Part shown: positions 11,806-20,236 of the stretch, one piece after another
Layout of the letters: every line of letters begins with the position of its first letter
Numbering within the stretch: the stretch's first letter is position 1
Origin: Candidatus Brocadiia bacterium
Lineage (GTDB): Bacteria; Planctomycetota; Brocadiia; CAIUPP01
Direction: 5' to 3'
Length of the DNA stretch: 64,000 bases
Assembly (NCBI GenBank): GCA_050015075.1
Contig: JBEKCB010000001.1
Location: 32,001 to 96,000, forward strand
Notes under the pieces: model-generated
What the model was told of the DNA's origin: nothing
Database searches by the model: none
The model's input: only the letters and a program-made list of their open reading frames with translations
Made by a program: the position numbers and the translations under genes

Positions 11806-12636
11806 TCATTCCCGCGAAGGCAGGAATCCAAGCGATCTGCGTGCGTGTTCCTCGCCGACGGAGGGCTTGCCCGCCGAAGGCGGGTTCTGGATTCCTTCTC
11901 CCCGATCAGAGTCGGGGACAGGCTTCGAGGGAATGACGGAAGGAGTTTCAGCGGGGTTTTCGCCGGAAATTGGATTCGTTTTTTCAAATCGCTTTTGCGC
12001 AGTATTCCCCTGCGCGTCAGCCTCTTGCGACTTCTCAGGCTCGGGCGCCTGCGGCTGCTCCGGCGAAGCGGATTCCGCCTCGGGTCCTATTTCCGCATCA
12101 ACCTGCACGGTCACATCGGCGACGACCGGCGGCGGCACGTTCTCTCCCGCGCGCAGCCGCTGATACCGCTCGATCTCGTGAAGCGTTTTCAGAAACTGGT
12201 TCGTCAGACGCACATTGTACAGGCCGATGAGCTCGACCATGCGCTGGAATTCCGGCTCTCTGAAAATCACGACCCGCTCGCCGCGCTTGCGCCTCTTCGC
12301 CAACTCCTTGACCGCGTACGGGTCCTGCTGCACGGTCGGTTCCTGCCAGGTGCGGACGTGGTATTCCGCCTCAGCCCGGGCGCACCGCTGCATGCGCAGA
12401 TAGGTCATCGCCAGCGTCTCGACCAGCATTTCCTCCACCCGGCCGGCCGGCTGCAGGTCGGCGACGAGGTCCTCTTCGATGACGCGGAGTTCCTCCGAGT
12501 CCTCCGGCGTCAGCGCCGCGGCGAAGATGCCGTGCCGGCGCGCGTTCAGGCGCGAAATCGCTTTCCCTTCGGGCGTCCTGACGCCTGCCTTCAGCGCATT
12601 CTCCCGATTCGCCGCGACCTGTGCCGTCGAAGCCAT
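11806..12636 (-). CDS. Hypothetical protein (AQVAANRENA...RTPEGKAISRLNARRHG type) with repeat-derived C-terminus
   Basis: N-terminal motif recalls a recurrent uncharacterised bacterial family; Pro/Glu-rich tail; the last codons overlap ATTCCC palindromes. Confidence 0.75.
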   Translation of the reverse strand: MASTAQVAANRENALKAGVRTPEGKAISRLNARRHGIFAAALTPEDSEELRVIEEDLVADLQPAGRVEEMLVETLAMTYLRMQRCARAEAEYHVRTWQEPTVQQDPYAVKELAKRRKRGERVVIFREPEFQRMVELIGLYNVRLTNQFLKTLHEIERYQRLRAGENVPPPVVADVTVQVDAEIGPEAESASPEQPQAPEPEKSQEADAQGNTAQKRFEKTNPISGENPAETPSVIPSKPVPDSDRGEGIQNPPSAGKPSVGEEHARRSLGFLPSRE

Positions 12637-12685
12637 AGCCGTTGCCTCCACCAAAACCGGTTTAGAGACCGTCAAAAACGTTTGG

Positions 12686-12845
12686 AACCACAGATGGACA
12701 CAGATGAACACAGATACGAAGACTTAAAAACGTTTGAAACCGCCGATGGACCGAGAGCGCGCAGTGTACTGCGCGCATGATGAACGCCGATACGAATTGT
12801 TTTTGAATTTCCTATCGGCGTTCATCGGCGTCCATCGGCGGTTAA
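12686..12845. repeat. 10-bp periodic repeats (CACAGATGAA / CGCCGATGAA) with an inverted partner arm
   Basis: AACCACAGATGGACACAGATGAACACAGAT; AACCGCCGATGGA...GATGAACGCCGATA versus TATCGGCGTTCATCGGCGTCCATCGGCGGTT. Confidence 0.75.
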
Positions 12846-13115
12846 AATATGTTCTCGTTGCCGTACATTATAAGTCCGGTTTTGCGCCGCGGACCGGGCG
12901 GGAGAAGTGGGTGCGCTTGCCAGCGGGTTCGGTGCGCTTCGGAGCGGCTTGAGTGCGCTTCAGTGCGCTTCGCAGCGGTTTCAGTGCGCTTTTTCCGGCG
13001 ACCTGGATTTGACAAGGGGTCGCATTTCCGCCGGCGGCTCCTTGTAGTGCGCCCGGCGGCGGACTATAATCGGCTGTGGAGCGGCAAACTCTGCGAACAT
13101 CCTGGAGGGACACGA

Positions 13116-13895
13116 ATGGCGACCGGCGAGCGGCACGACCTGGCGGTGTTCATTGACTTCGAGAATATCGCGCTGGGCATGCGCGGGCGGGCGGACCAGG
13201 TGTTCCACATCCAGCGCGTCCTGCAGCGGCTGCTCGAGAAGGGCAACATCCTCGTCAAGCGCGCGTACGCCGACTGGTCGCGCTTCGGCTCGTACACCAA
13301 GCCCTTCCACGAGGCGGCGATCGAGCTGCTCGAAGTCCCGCGCCGCGGCGATTCCGGGAAGAACTCCGCCGATATCCGCATGTGCGTGGACGCGATGGAC
13401 CTCTGCTACGCCAAGGAGCACATTGACACCTTCGTCCTCGTCTCCGGCGACAGCGATTTCTCGCCGCTGGTCTCGAAGCTGCGGGAGAACGGGAAGCGCG
13501 TGATCGGGCTGGGCCTGCGCGGCTCGACTTCGGAGCTGCTCGTGGCCAACTGCGACGAGTTCATCTTCTACGAATCGCTCGAGCCGCAACCGGCCCCCAA
13601 GCCGGAAGGAGGCGAAGGCGCGCCGGTGGACAAGGAGTCGCTGATGGACCTTATCGCGCAGACGGTGGCGGCGCTGCTGCGCGAGGGGCGCGACCCGATC
13701 CAGGCCTCGCTCGTCAAGGACACCATCAAGCGCAAGCAGCCGTCGTTCAGCGAGAGCGAGTACGGCTACAATTCGTTCACCGCCGCGCTCGAGGACGCCA
13801 TGAACCGCAAGCTGATCCTCCTGCGCGAGGACCCGCGCAGCGGCACGTACCTGGTCAACCTCGCGAAAGCGCCGGCGTCGCGATCTCGACGGTGA
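13116..13895 (+). CDS. NYN (LabA/DUF88) domain protein with C-terminal OST-HTH/LOTUS domain
   Basis: AVFIDFEN, GKNSADIRMCVD, LVSGDSDFSPL, CDEFIFYE; PSFSESEYGYNSF. Confidence 0.92.
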   Translation: MATGERHDLAVFIDFENIALGMRGRADQVFHIQRVLQRLLEKGNILVKRAYADWSRFGSYTKPFHEAAIELLEVPRRGDSGKNSADIRMCVDAMDLCYAKEHIDTFVLVSGDSDFSPLVSKLRENGKRVIGLGLRGSTSELLVANCDEFIFYESLEPQPAPKPEGGEGAPVDKESLMDLIAQTVAALLREGRDPIQASLVKDTIKRKQPSFSESEYGYNSFTAALEDAMNRKLILLREDPRSGTYLVNLAKAPASRSRR

Positions 13896-13900
13896 TTTTT

Positions 13901-14052
13901 ACCACCAAGACACCACGGCACCAAGAACGGCAACTGATATTGCAACCACGGAACACACGGAAGACACTGAAGCTGTTTAGGAAATTCATTCCGTGTGCTC
14001 CGTGTATTCCGTGGTGGCAGCCGTTGTTTCTTTGTCCCTTGGTAACTTGGCG
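13901..14052 (-). repeat. ~155-bp nested-palindrome element, reverse-orientation copy
   Basis: Reverse complement of the unit at 16533 and 26869 (CAACTGATATTGCAACCACGGAACACACGGAAGACACTGAAGCTGTTTAGGAAA). Confidence 0.85.
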
Positions 14053-14054
14053 TT

Positions 14055-15068
14055 TTATGAAGGACGCGCGACGCGCACGAGCTGCTTCCCGATGTTCTGC
14101 CCGGTGAACAGCCCGATGAACGCCTTCGGCGCGTTCTCGATGCCGTCGGTGATCGTCTCGCGGTACGTGATGCGGCCTTCCCGGATCCACTGCGCCATCT
14201 GCCGCAGGCCTTCGGGGAAGCGGTCGGTGAACTGGTAGACCATGAAGCCCTCCGCGCGCGCCCGCTGCGCCAACAGCCGCCAGAGCACCCGCGGCCCGCG
14301 CGCCAGCGTGCGGTTGTTGTACTGCGAGATCTGCCCGCACACCACGACCCGCGCACCGGCGGCCAGGCTCCCGAACGCCGCGTCACTCACCGGGCCGCCC
14401 ACGTTGTCGTAGAAGATGTTCAGGCCGTCCGGACACATCTCCTCGAGCTTCGCCGCGTAGTCGCGGACCTCCTTGTGATTGAACGCTCCGTCGAAGCGCA
14501 GTTCCTTCTCGAGGTAGGCGACCTTCTCGTCGGAGCCGGTCGAGCCGAAGACGCGGCAGCCCTTGAGCCGCGCGATCTGGCCGACCAGCGAGCCGACCGC
14601 GCCGGCGGCGCCGGAGATGAACACCGTCTCGCCCTCCTTCGGGCGGCCGATCTCCAGCAGGCCGAAATACGCCGTCATGCCCGGCATGCCCAGCACGCCG
14701 AGCGCGGTGGAGACCGGCGCGACGGAGGCGTCCACGCGCCGCACGCCCTGGCCGTCGGAGACGGCGTACTCCTGCCAGCCCCATTCGCCTGCGACGGCAT
14801 CGCCGGGATGATAGTCCGGATGCTTCGACTCGACGACCGTCCCGACCGCGCCGCCGAGCATCACGTCGCCGATGTTCGTCGGCTCGGCGTACGATTCATC
14901 GCTGATGCGGATGCGCATGTACGGGTCCACGGAAAAGAACTCCGTCCGCACCAGGAACGTCCCTGCGTGCAGCGGCGGCAGCGTACGCTCGACCAGCTTG
15001 AAGTCCGACTCCTGCGGCACGCCCTCCGGCCGCGCGGCCAGAATGACCTGACGATTCTTCACCGCCAT
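14055..15068 (-). CDS. NADP-dependent oxidoreductase (prostaglandin reductase/CurA-like MDR family)
   Basis: SVDPYMR, LGMPGMTAYFGL, GETVFISGAAGAVGS, YDNVGG, GQNIGKQLV. Confidence 0.93.
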   Translation of the reverse strand: MAVKNRQVILAARPEGVPQESDFKLVERTLPPLHAGTFLVRTEFFSVDPYMRIRISDESYAEPTNIGDVMLGGAVGTVVESKHPDYHPGDAVAGEWGWQEYAVSDGQGVRRVDASVAPVSTALGVLGMPGMTAYFGLLEIGRPKEGETVFISGAAGAVGSLVGQIARLKGCRVFGSTGSDEKVAYLEKELRFDGAFNHKEVRDYAAKLEEMCPDGLNIFYDNVGGPVSDAAFGSLAAGARVVVCGQISQYNNRTLARGPRVLWRLLAQRARAEGFMVYQFTDRFPEGLRQMAQWIREGRITYRETITDGIENAPKAFIGLFTGQNIGKQLVRVARPS

Positions 15069-15188
15069 GGCACTTGCTCCTTTATCTCGTCACATGAAGG
15101 GCACGAAGAACAGCCGATGAAATCAACATCTTCGATCAAGTCCTTCGCGCCCTTCGTGTCCTTCGTGGTGAAACATTGCCTGCGCCGC

Positions 15189-15806
15189 TTACTTAGCGCG
15201 CAGGGCCTTCGTGATTTCCGCCACGCGTTTTCCCAGCACCTCGGCGACGCCCAGCTCTTCCGGCGTGGGCTTTCGGGTGTTCTCCGGACCGGCCACGGTC
15301 GTCGGCCCGTACGGCGTTCCGCCGCGGCCGTCGGTGTGCAGCAGGCCCGGCGTCGAGTAGGGCACGCCGACGATGATCATTCCCAGGTGGATCAGCGGCG
15401 GCACCATGGAGAGCATCGTGGTCTCCTGTCCGCCGTGCATCGTGGCGGTCGAGCTGAAAACTCCCGTCGGCTTCCCCTCGAACGCGCCTTCCAGCCACAG
15501 CGCGCCGGTCGAGTCAATCAGCCGCTTCATCTGCGCGATCATATTGCCGTAGCGCGTCGGCGTGCCCCAGATGATCCCGTCGGCCGACTTCAGGTCGTCG
15601 AGCGTGCAGACCGGAATGTCCTTCTGCTGCTCCCAGACCGGCTTGCTGTGCTTGCCCGTCTTGATCTGCTCCTCCTCGTCGGCGAACTCCGCCACGCGCC
15701 GGAGGCACGCCTCGACGCCCTTGACCGACTTCACGCCCTTCTCCACCGCGCGCGCCAGTTGCAGAATGTGGCCGTACCGCGAGTAATAGACGATGAGGAC
15801 CTTCAT
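15189..15806 (-). CDS. wrbA: NAD(P)H:quinone oxidoreductase, flavodoxin-like
   Basis: VYYSRYGH, GTPTRYGNM, STATMHGGQETT, GGTPYG. Confidence 0.94.
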   Translation of the reverse strand: MKVLIVYYSRYGHILQLARAVEKGVKSVKGVEACLRRVAEFADEEEQIKTGKHSKPVWEQQKDIPVCTLDDLKSADGIIWGTPTRYGNMIAQMKRLIDSTGALWLEGAFEGKPTGVFSSTATMHGGQETTMLSMVPPLIHLGMIIVGVPYSTPGLLHTDGRGGTPYGPTTVAGPENTRKPTPEELGVAEVLGKRVAEITKALRAK

Positions 15807-15931
15807 GTTCGGCCTCCTTGCACGTTGATTGTCCTTGAATCCCGCGCACCCCAGTGCGCCGGCCCGCGTCCACGATGCTATCACTACGCAGGCGGGCACG
15901 CAAGGAATTTTCCGGCCGCCGAATGCGCTCT

Positions 15932-16060
15932 TCCACCACGACGGCAACGTCTTTCACCACGACGACACAACGAGCACTACGGTAACGGCATTTATGGCTT
16001 CTACTCTTATTGACGTTCGTCGTGCGTCGTTCGTCGTGCTCGTCGCGTCGTCGTGGTGAG
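15932..16060. repeat. 9-bp periodic inverted repeat (CACCACGACGACACAACGAGCAC family)
   Basis: Left arm CACCACGACGACACAACGAGCACTACG, right arm CGTCGTGCTCGTCGCGTCGTCGTGGTG; related copies at 45088 and 52478. Confidence 0.75.
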
Positions 16061-16109
16061 TTTACGGATTGGCTTGACTCGGGCCGGCGCGCGCGGTCTA
16101 ATATCTGCC

Positions 16110-16520
16110 ATGATGGAACGCGTCGCCATATCGCTCGAGAAGAAGCTGCTGGATCAGTTCGACCGGCTGATGGCGGGAAAAGGGTATTCGAACCGCTCCG
16201 AGGCCGTGCGCGACCTGATCCGCGAGAAGCTCGTCGAGCGCGAGTGGGCCGCGCCCGCCGGCGAGACCGTGGCCACCGTGCTGCTCGTCTACGAGCATGA
16301 CACGATGGAGCTTTCGCAGAAACTGGCGAACCTGGAGCACAAGCAATACCGCCGGATCGTGGCGGGCCTGCACATCCACATGGACCCGGAGAACTGCCTG
16401 GAAATCCTCGTCCTGCGCGGCCCGGGCAAGACGATCCAACGGCTCGGCGAGCGGCTGATCAGCCTGCGCGGCGTGAAGCACGGCCGGTTCATCCCGGGCA
16501 CCGTCGGGGCGCGGATCTAA
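16110..16520 (+). CDS. nikR: Nickel-responsive transcriptional regulator
   Basis: RHH domain (RVAISL...GYSNRSEAVRDLIR) plus Ni-site residues H..LHIHMD..NCLE. Confidence 0.95.
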   Translation: MMERVAISLEKKLLDQFDRLMAGKGYSNRSEAVRDLIREKLVEREWAAPAGETVATVLLVYEHDTMELSQKLANLEHKQYRRIVAGLHIHMDPENCLEILVLRGPGKTIQRLGERLISLRGVKHGRFIPGTVGARI

Positions 16521-16532
16521 CCGGCGTTTCTT

Positions 16533-16686
16533 ACCACCAAGACACCAAGACACTAAGAGACAACGTCTTTCACCACGGAATACACGAAGCACACCGAATG
16601 ACTTTCCTAAACAGTTTCAGTGTCTTCAGTGTGTTCCGTGGTTGCGATATCCGTTTGCGTTCTTGGTATCTTAGTGTCTTGGTGGT
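16533..16686 (+). repeat. ~155-bp nested-palindrome element
   Basis: Outer arms ACCACCAAGACACCAAGACACTAAGA / TCTTGGTATCTTAGTGTCTTGGTGGT enclose inner arms CCACGGAATACAC / GTGTGTTCCGTGG. Confidence 0.85.
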
Positions 16687-16709
16687 TGAAAAGGCGCTCT
16701 GATTTATGG

Positions 16710-16766
16710 TTGACTCGCTCCGCCTCGTTTCGTAAAATATGTTAATACGAAATCGAAAATCGTAGT
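16710..16766 (+). promoter_or_regulatory. Promoter of the Ni/Co transporter operon with overlapping palindromes (candidate NikR operator)
   Basis: TTGACT-N17-TAAAAT; TTTCGTA-N11-TACGAAA spans the -10 box, followed by TACGA-N9-TCGTA. Confidence 0.65.
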
Positions 16767-16786
16767 CAACTCACGTGGGGTCTCGC

Positions 16787-17455
16787 ATGCACATTCCGGA
16801 CGCATACCTCAGCGCGCCGGTTTTCGCGGCGGGCTACGTCGTCTCCGGCGCGGTCTGCGCGGTGGCGGTCGCGCGCGCGAACCGCAACCTGGGCGAGCGG
16901 GAAGTGCCGCTGCTCGGCATGACGGCGGCATTCATCTTCGCGGTCCAGACGCTCAATTTCCCCGTGGTCGGCGGGACGAGCGGTCATTTCCTGGGCTCGA
17001 CCTTCGCCGCGGTGCTGCTGGGGCCGCTGAACGCCTGCCTGGTGATGGCGGTCGTCCTGCTCATCCAGTGCCTGGGTTTCGGCGACGGCGGGCTGACGGC
17101 GCTCGGCGCCAATCTCTTCAACATGGGCATCGTCGGCGCCCTCGGCGGCTGGCTGCTGTTCCGCGCGCTGCGGGCGGTCCTTCCGAAGAGCCGCTGGGGA
17201 TTCCTCGCCTCGGCGGGCGCGGCATCCTGGGTGGCGATGGTCGTCGCATCCGCCATCTGCGCCGGCGAGCTGGCCGCGTCGGGGCCGCCTTTCCAGTTGC
17301 GAGTCGCGTTGCCGGCCATGGCCGGCGTCCACGCGCTCATCGGCATCGGCGAGGCCGTGATCACGGTCGCGGCGCTCTCGTCGGTCCTGGCGGTTCGGCC
17401 GGACCTGGTCGCGGCGTGGGACCGGACGCCGAAGCTCGAGGAGGCCCGGCCATGA
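16787..17455 (+). CDS. ECF-type Ni/Co transporter substrate-binding (S) component, NikM/CbiM family
   Basis: N-terminal MHIPD metal-binding motif; NFPVVGGTSGHFLG; GDGGLTALGAN. Confidence 0.93.
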   Translation: MHIPDAYLSAPVFAAGYVVSGAVCAVAVARANRNLGEREVPLLGMTAAFIFAVQTLNFPVVGGTSGHFLGSTFAAVLLGPLNACLVMAVVLLIQCLGFGDGGLTALGANLFNMGIVGALGGWLLFRALRAVLPKSRWGFLASAGAASWVAMVVASAICAGELAASGPPFQLRVALPAMAGVHALIGIGEAVITVAALSSVLAVRPDLVAAWDRTPKLEEARP

Positions 17456-17781
17456 CGCGGAGAGTGTGGGGATTCGTCCTCGCCGGGCTGCTGGTCAGCG
17501 TTCTGCTGGCCGCGTTCGTTTCGCCGTTCGCCTCGCAGGCGCCCGAGGTGCTGGAAAAACTCGCCAAGGACCACAGGTTCGCGGAAAAAGGCGAGGGCCA
17601 CGCGGCGTGGCAGCATCCGCTGATGCCGGACTACAAGGTCCCCGGCGTCCGGAGCGAATCGGTCGGCACGGCGCTCGCCGGAATCGCCGGCACGCTGCTG
17701 GTCTTCGGGGTCGCCTTCGGCGCAGCGAGGCTGATCTCCCGGAAGCGGCCCGCCGTGCCTGAAGGACAACAACGGCTTTGA
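17452..17781 (+). CDS. PDGLE-domain accessory membrane protein (NikN-like)
   Basis: SPFASQAPEVLE (PDGLE variant), PLMPDY, two TM helices; ATGA overlap with the upstream gene. Confidence 0.85.
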   Translation: MTRRVWGFVLAGLLVSVLLAAFVSPFASQAPEVLEKLAKDHRFAEKGEGHAAWQHPLMPDYKVPGVRSESVGTALAGIAGTLLVFGVAFGAARLISRKRPAVPEGQQRL

Positions 17782-17799
17782 CGGGATAACAGGATAGAC

Positions 17800-17828
17800 C
17801 GTCATTCCGAGCGGAGCGAGGAATCTCA
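17800..17828. repeat. GTCATTCCGAGCG...GAGGAATCT palindromic repeat
   Basis: CGTCATTCCGAGCGGAGCGAGGAATCTC; related ATTCCC..GGAAT palindromes at 11806-11938. Confidence 0.6.
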
Positions 17829-17838
17829 CACGGCGCTT

Positions 17839-17887
17839 GTAGTGGCGCCGTCAGGCGCTATTCCGTATGCCCTGACGGGCACACTAC
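17839..17887. repeat. 49-bp GTAG-type REP doublet, copy 3 (opposite orientation)
   Basis: GTAGTGGCGCCGTCAGGCGCTATTCCGTATGCCCTGACGGGCACACTAC. Confidence 0.85.
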
Positions 17888-18007
17888 GAGCAGAATGACG
17901 CGGGTTGTGCTTATGCGTATTGTTTTGCCGGACGGCACGCCGGATATGAGAACAGAAAAATCCTTTCGATCCTGCAATTCTGTCCGGTCGTTCGTTCGAG
18001 GGCAGAA

Positions 18008-18775
18008 GTGAGACACGCCTTTCTCGACCAATATTCCGCGCTCGAAAGCCCGGTCCATCGGCTGGACGCGCGGGCGAAGATCATCGCCTTCCTCGCGCTC
18101 ATCGTGATCGCGGTGAGCACGCCGCCGGAGGCCTGGACGGCGTTCCTCGGATACGGCGCGTTCCTCTTTGTCATGGCCGCGGCCTCGTGCCTGCCGGTCG
18201 GACATATTCTGCGGCGGGCGTGGGTCATCGTTCCGTTCGTCGCGATGACCGCGATTTTCATCCCCTTCATGAAAACCGGCGGCGCGGGCGGCGGGTACAG
18301 TTTCGGCGTCGGGTCGCCGGGCGTCCAGCGGTCGGGGATGATGATCTTCTGGAACCTGCTGATCAAATCCGGCATCGCGGTCTTCTCGATGATCCTGCTC
18401 TCCTCGACCACGCCGTTTCCGAGCCTGATGCGCGGGTTCGAGCGGCTGAAGGCGCCGCGGGTGATGGTGATGCTCGCCAGCTTCGCGTACCGGTACATCT
18501 TCGTGCTCGTGGATGAGGCGGAGCGGATGGAGCGCGCGCGGGACTCGCGCTGCTACGCCGGGCGGTGGCTGTGGCACGCGAAAGTGATCGGGCAGATGAT
18601 CGGCACGCTTTTCCTGCGCAGCTACGAGCGCGCCGAGCGCGTGTACGTGGCGATGGCCTCGCGCGGGTTCGACGGCCGGATCGTGACGCCGGCGGAGGCG
18701 CGCATGGCGGCGGCCGACGGCGCGTTCGTCGCCGCATCGGTGGGATTCTTCGTGGCGCTGAGGGTGTGGACATGA
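18008..18775 (+). CDS. ECF transporter T component, NikQ/CbiQ family
   Basis: SPVHRLDARAKI, YRYIFVLVDEAERMERARDSR, LFLRSYERAERVYVAMASRGF. Confidence 0.93.
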   Translation: MRHAFLDQYSALESPVHRLDARAKIIAFLALIVIAVSTPPEAWTAFLGYGAFLFVMAAASCLPVGHILRRAWVIVPFVAMTAIFIPFMKTGGAGGGYSFGVGSPGVQRSGMMIFWNLLIKSGIAVFSMILLSSTTPFPSLMRGFERLKAPRVMVMLASFAYRYIFVLVDEAERMERARDSRCYAGRWLWHAKVIGQMIGTLFLRSYERAERVYVAMASRGFDGRIVTPAEARMAAADGAFVAASVGFFVALRVWT

Positions 18776-19560
18776 GCGGGTCCAACTTGTCCGCCACAGC
18801 TCTCGCTCTTCGCAGCTCCGCTGCTTCGGCGGGCGAAGAAGAGTCAGCGACGGCGGACGACGCCGTGATCCAGGTGAACGCGCTTTCCTTCACCTACCCG
18901 GACGGGCAGCGCGCGCTCGACAGGCTTTCGCTGGCGGTGCGCGACGGCGAGAAGGTCGGCCTGATCGGCGCCAACGGCGCGGGGAAATCCACGCTTCTGC
19001 TGCACCTCAACGGCATCCTGCCGTGCAACGGCCGCGTGCGCGTGCTCGGGATGAAAGTCGAGAAGCCCAACCTGAAGACGGTCCGGCAGTCGGTCGGCCT
19101 CGTTTTCCAGAACCCCGACGACCAGCTCTTCTGCCCGACCGTCGGCGACGACGTGGCCTTCGGCCCGAGGCAACTGCGGCTGCCGGAGGCGGAAATCGCC
19201 GCGCGCGTGGAGCAGAGCCTGGCGGCGGTCGGCCTGCGCGGTTTCGAGGCGCGCAGCGCGTTTCACATGAGCTTCGGCGAGAAGAAGCGCGTGGCCATCG
19301 CGACGGTGCTCGCCATGAACCCGAAGGTGCTTGTCCTCGACGAGCCGACGAGCAACCTGGATCCGCGGTCGCGCAAGGAACTCATCCGGCTGCTGCGCCG
19401 GCTCGGCGGCACGCAGATCATCGCCTCGCACGACCTGGACCTCGTCCGGACGCTGTGCGACCGCGCGGTGCTGCTGTCGAAGGGCAAGGCCGTCGCGGAG
19501 GGCGAGCCGGCCAAGATTCTCGGCGACGTTGCGCTGCTGGAGGCACATGGGTTGGAATAG
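18772..19560 (+). CDS. ECF transporter ATPase, NikO/CbiO family
   Basis: Walker A GANGAGKS, FQNPDDQL, SFGEKKR, LDEP. Confidence 0.93.
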   Translation: MSGSNLSATALALRSSAASAGEEESATADDAVIQVNALSFTYPDGQRALDRLSLAVRDGEKVGLIGANGAGKSTLLLHLNGILPCNGRVRVLGMKVEKPNLKTVRQSVGLVFQNPDDQLFCPTVGDDVAFGPRQLRLPEAEIAARVEQSLAAVGLRGFEARSAFHMSFGEKKRVAIATVLAMNPKVLVLDEPTSNLDPRSRKELIRLLRRLGGTQIIASHDLDLVRTLCDRAVLLSKGKAVAEGEPAKILGDVALLEAHGLE

Positions 19561-19640
19561 CGGTTGACGGGCTTGACAGGGCGCGTCATTATGCTACGCT
19601 GCCCGTCAGGCAGGATGAATAATGCGATGGGGAGCACGCG

Positions 19641-19898
19641 ATGCCCACGATTCTGACGCTCTTGGGCTGGCGGTTTTTCTTTTACGCCAACGAAAAGAAC
19701 GAACCGATCCATATCCATTGTCAAAAGGCAGAGGCCGAGGCCAAATACTGGCTTGATGTGGATTCTTTCGAAGTGATCGAGGCGCATAGCTACAATATGA
19801 ACTCGGCGGACAAGAGGACTGTCAGAAGGATTATCTTTGAGCACTTCGACTATATTGTCGCTGAATGGAATCGCTGGCAGGAGATGACAAATGGATAA
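19641..19898 (+). CDS. DUF4160-family protein (TA module component)
   Basis: MPTIL..LGWRFFFYANE..EPIHIH....AEAKYWL; lower GC than the surroundings. Confidence 0.85.
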   Translation: MPTILTLLGWRFFFYANEKNEPIHIHCQKAEAEAKYWLDVDSFEVIEAHSYNMNSADKRTVRRIIFEHFDYIVAEWNRWQEMTNG

Positions 19899-20148
19899 AG
19901 CGCACGAAGTGCGGGAAGTCTCGTTCAGCGGCAACAAAATGCGGCTGTGGGTGGACGGGCGGAAATACGAGGTGGATATCTCGGAGCATTCCAAAAAGCT
20001 CGCGGCCGCTTCGCCTGAACAAAAGGGACATTTTGTAATTTCGCCCTCCGGTTATGGGCTTCACTGGCCGGAGTTGGATGAAGATCTTTCGATTGACGGC
20101 TTGATCGGCATAAGCCACATATGCCCCGTCGCGAAGACGGCCAGATGA
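19891..20148 (+). CDS. DUF2442-family protein (TA module component)
   Basis: ISPSGYGLHWPELDEDLSIDGL motif; overlaps the DUF4160 gene. Confidence 0.85.
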   Translation: MDKAHEVREVSFSGNKMRLWVDGRKYEVDISEHSKKLAAASPEQKGHFVISPSGYGLHWPELDEDLSIDGLIGISHICPVAKTAR

Positions 20149-20167
20149 CCCGCCATGACGGAAGGCG

Positions 20168-20236
20168 ATAGACCATAGACGATGGACGATGGTCCATGGG
20201 CTCCCGTCCATCGTCCATCGTCTATCGTCCATCGTC
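20168..20236. repeat. 7-bp periodic inverted repeat (ATGGACG / CGTCCAT)
   Basis: ATAGACCATAGACGATGGACGATGG ... CGTCCATCGTCCATCGTCTATCGTCCATCGTC. Confidence 0.75.

Noticed and set aside
13081-13118. c-di-GMP-I riboswitch (GGCAAAC...GGGAC)
   Set aside because: Only a partial resemblance; the second stem is missing and the segment is the RBS region of the NYN gene.
16690-16786. Cobalamin riboswitch upstream of the CbiM/NikM gene
   Set aside because: The leader after the promoter is only ~45 nt and has no B12-box.
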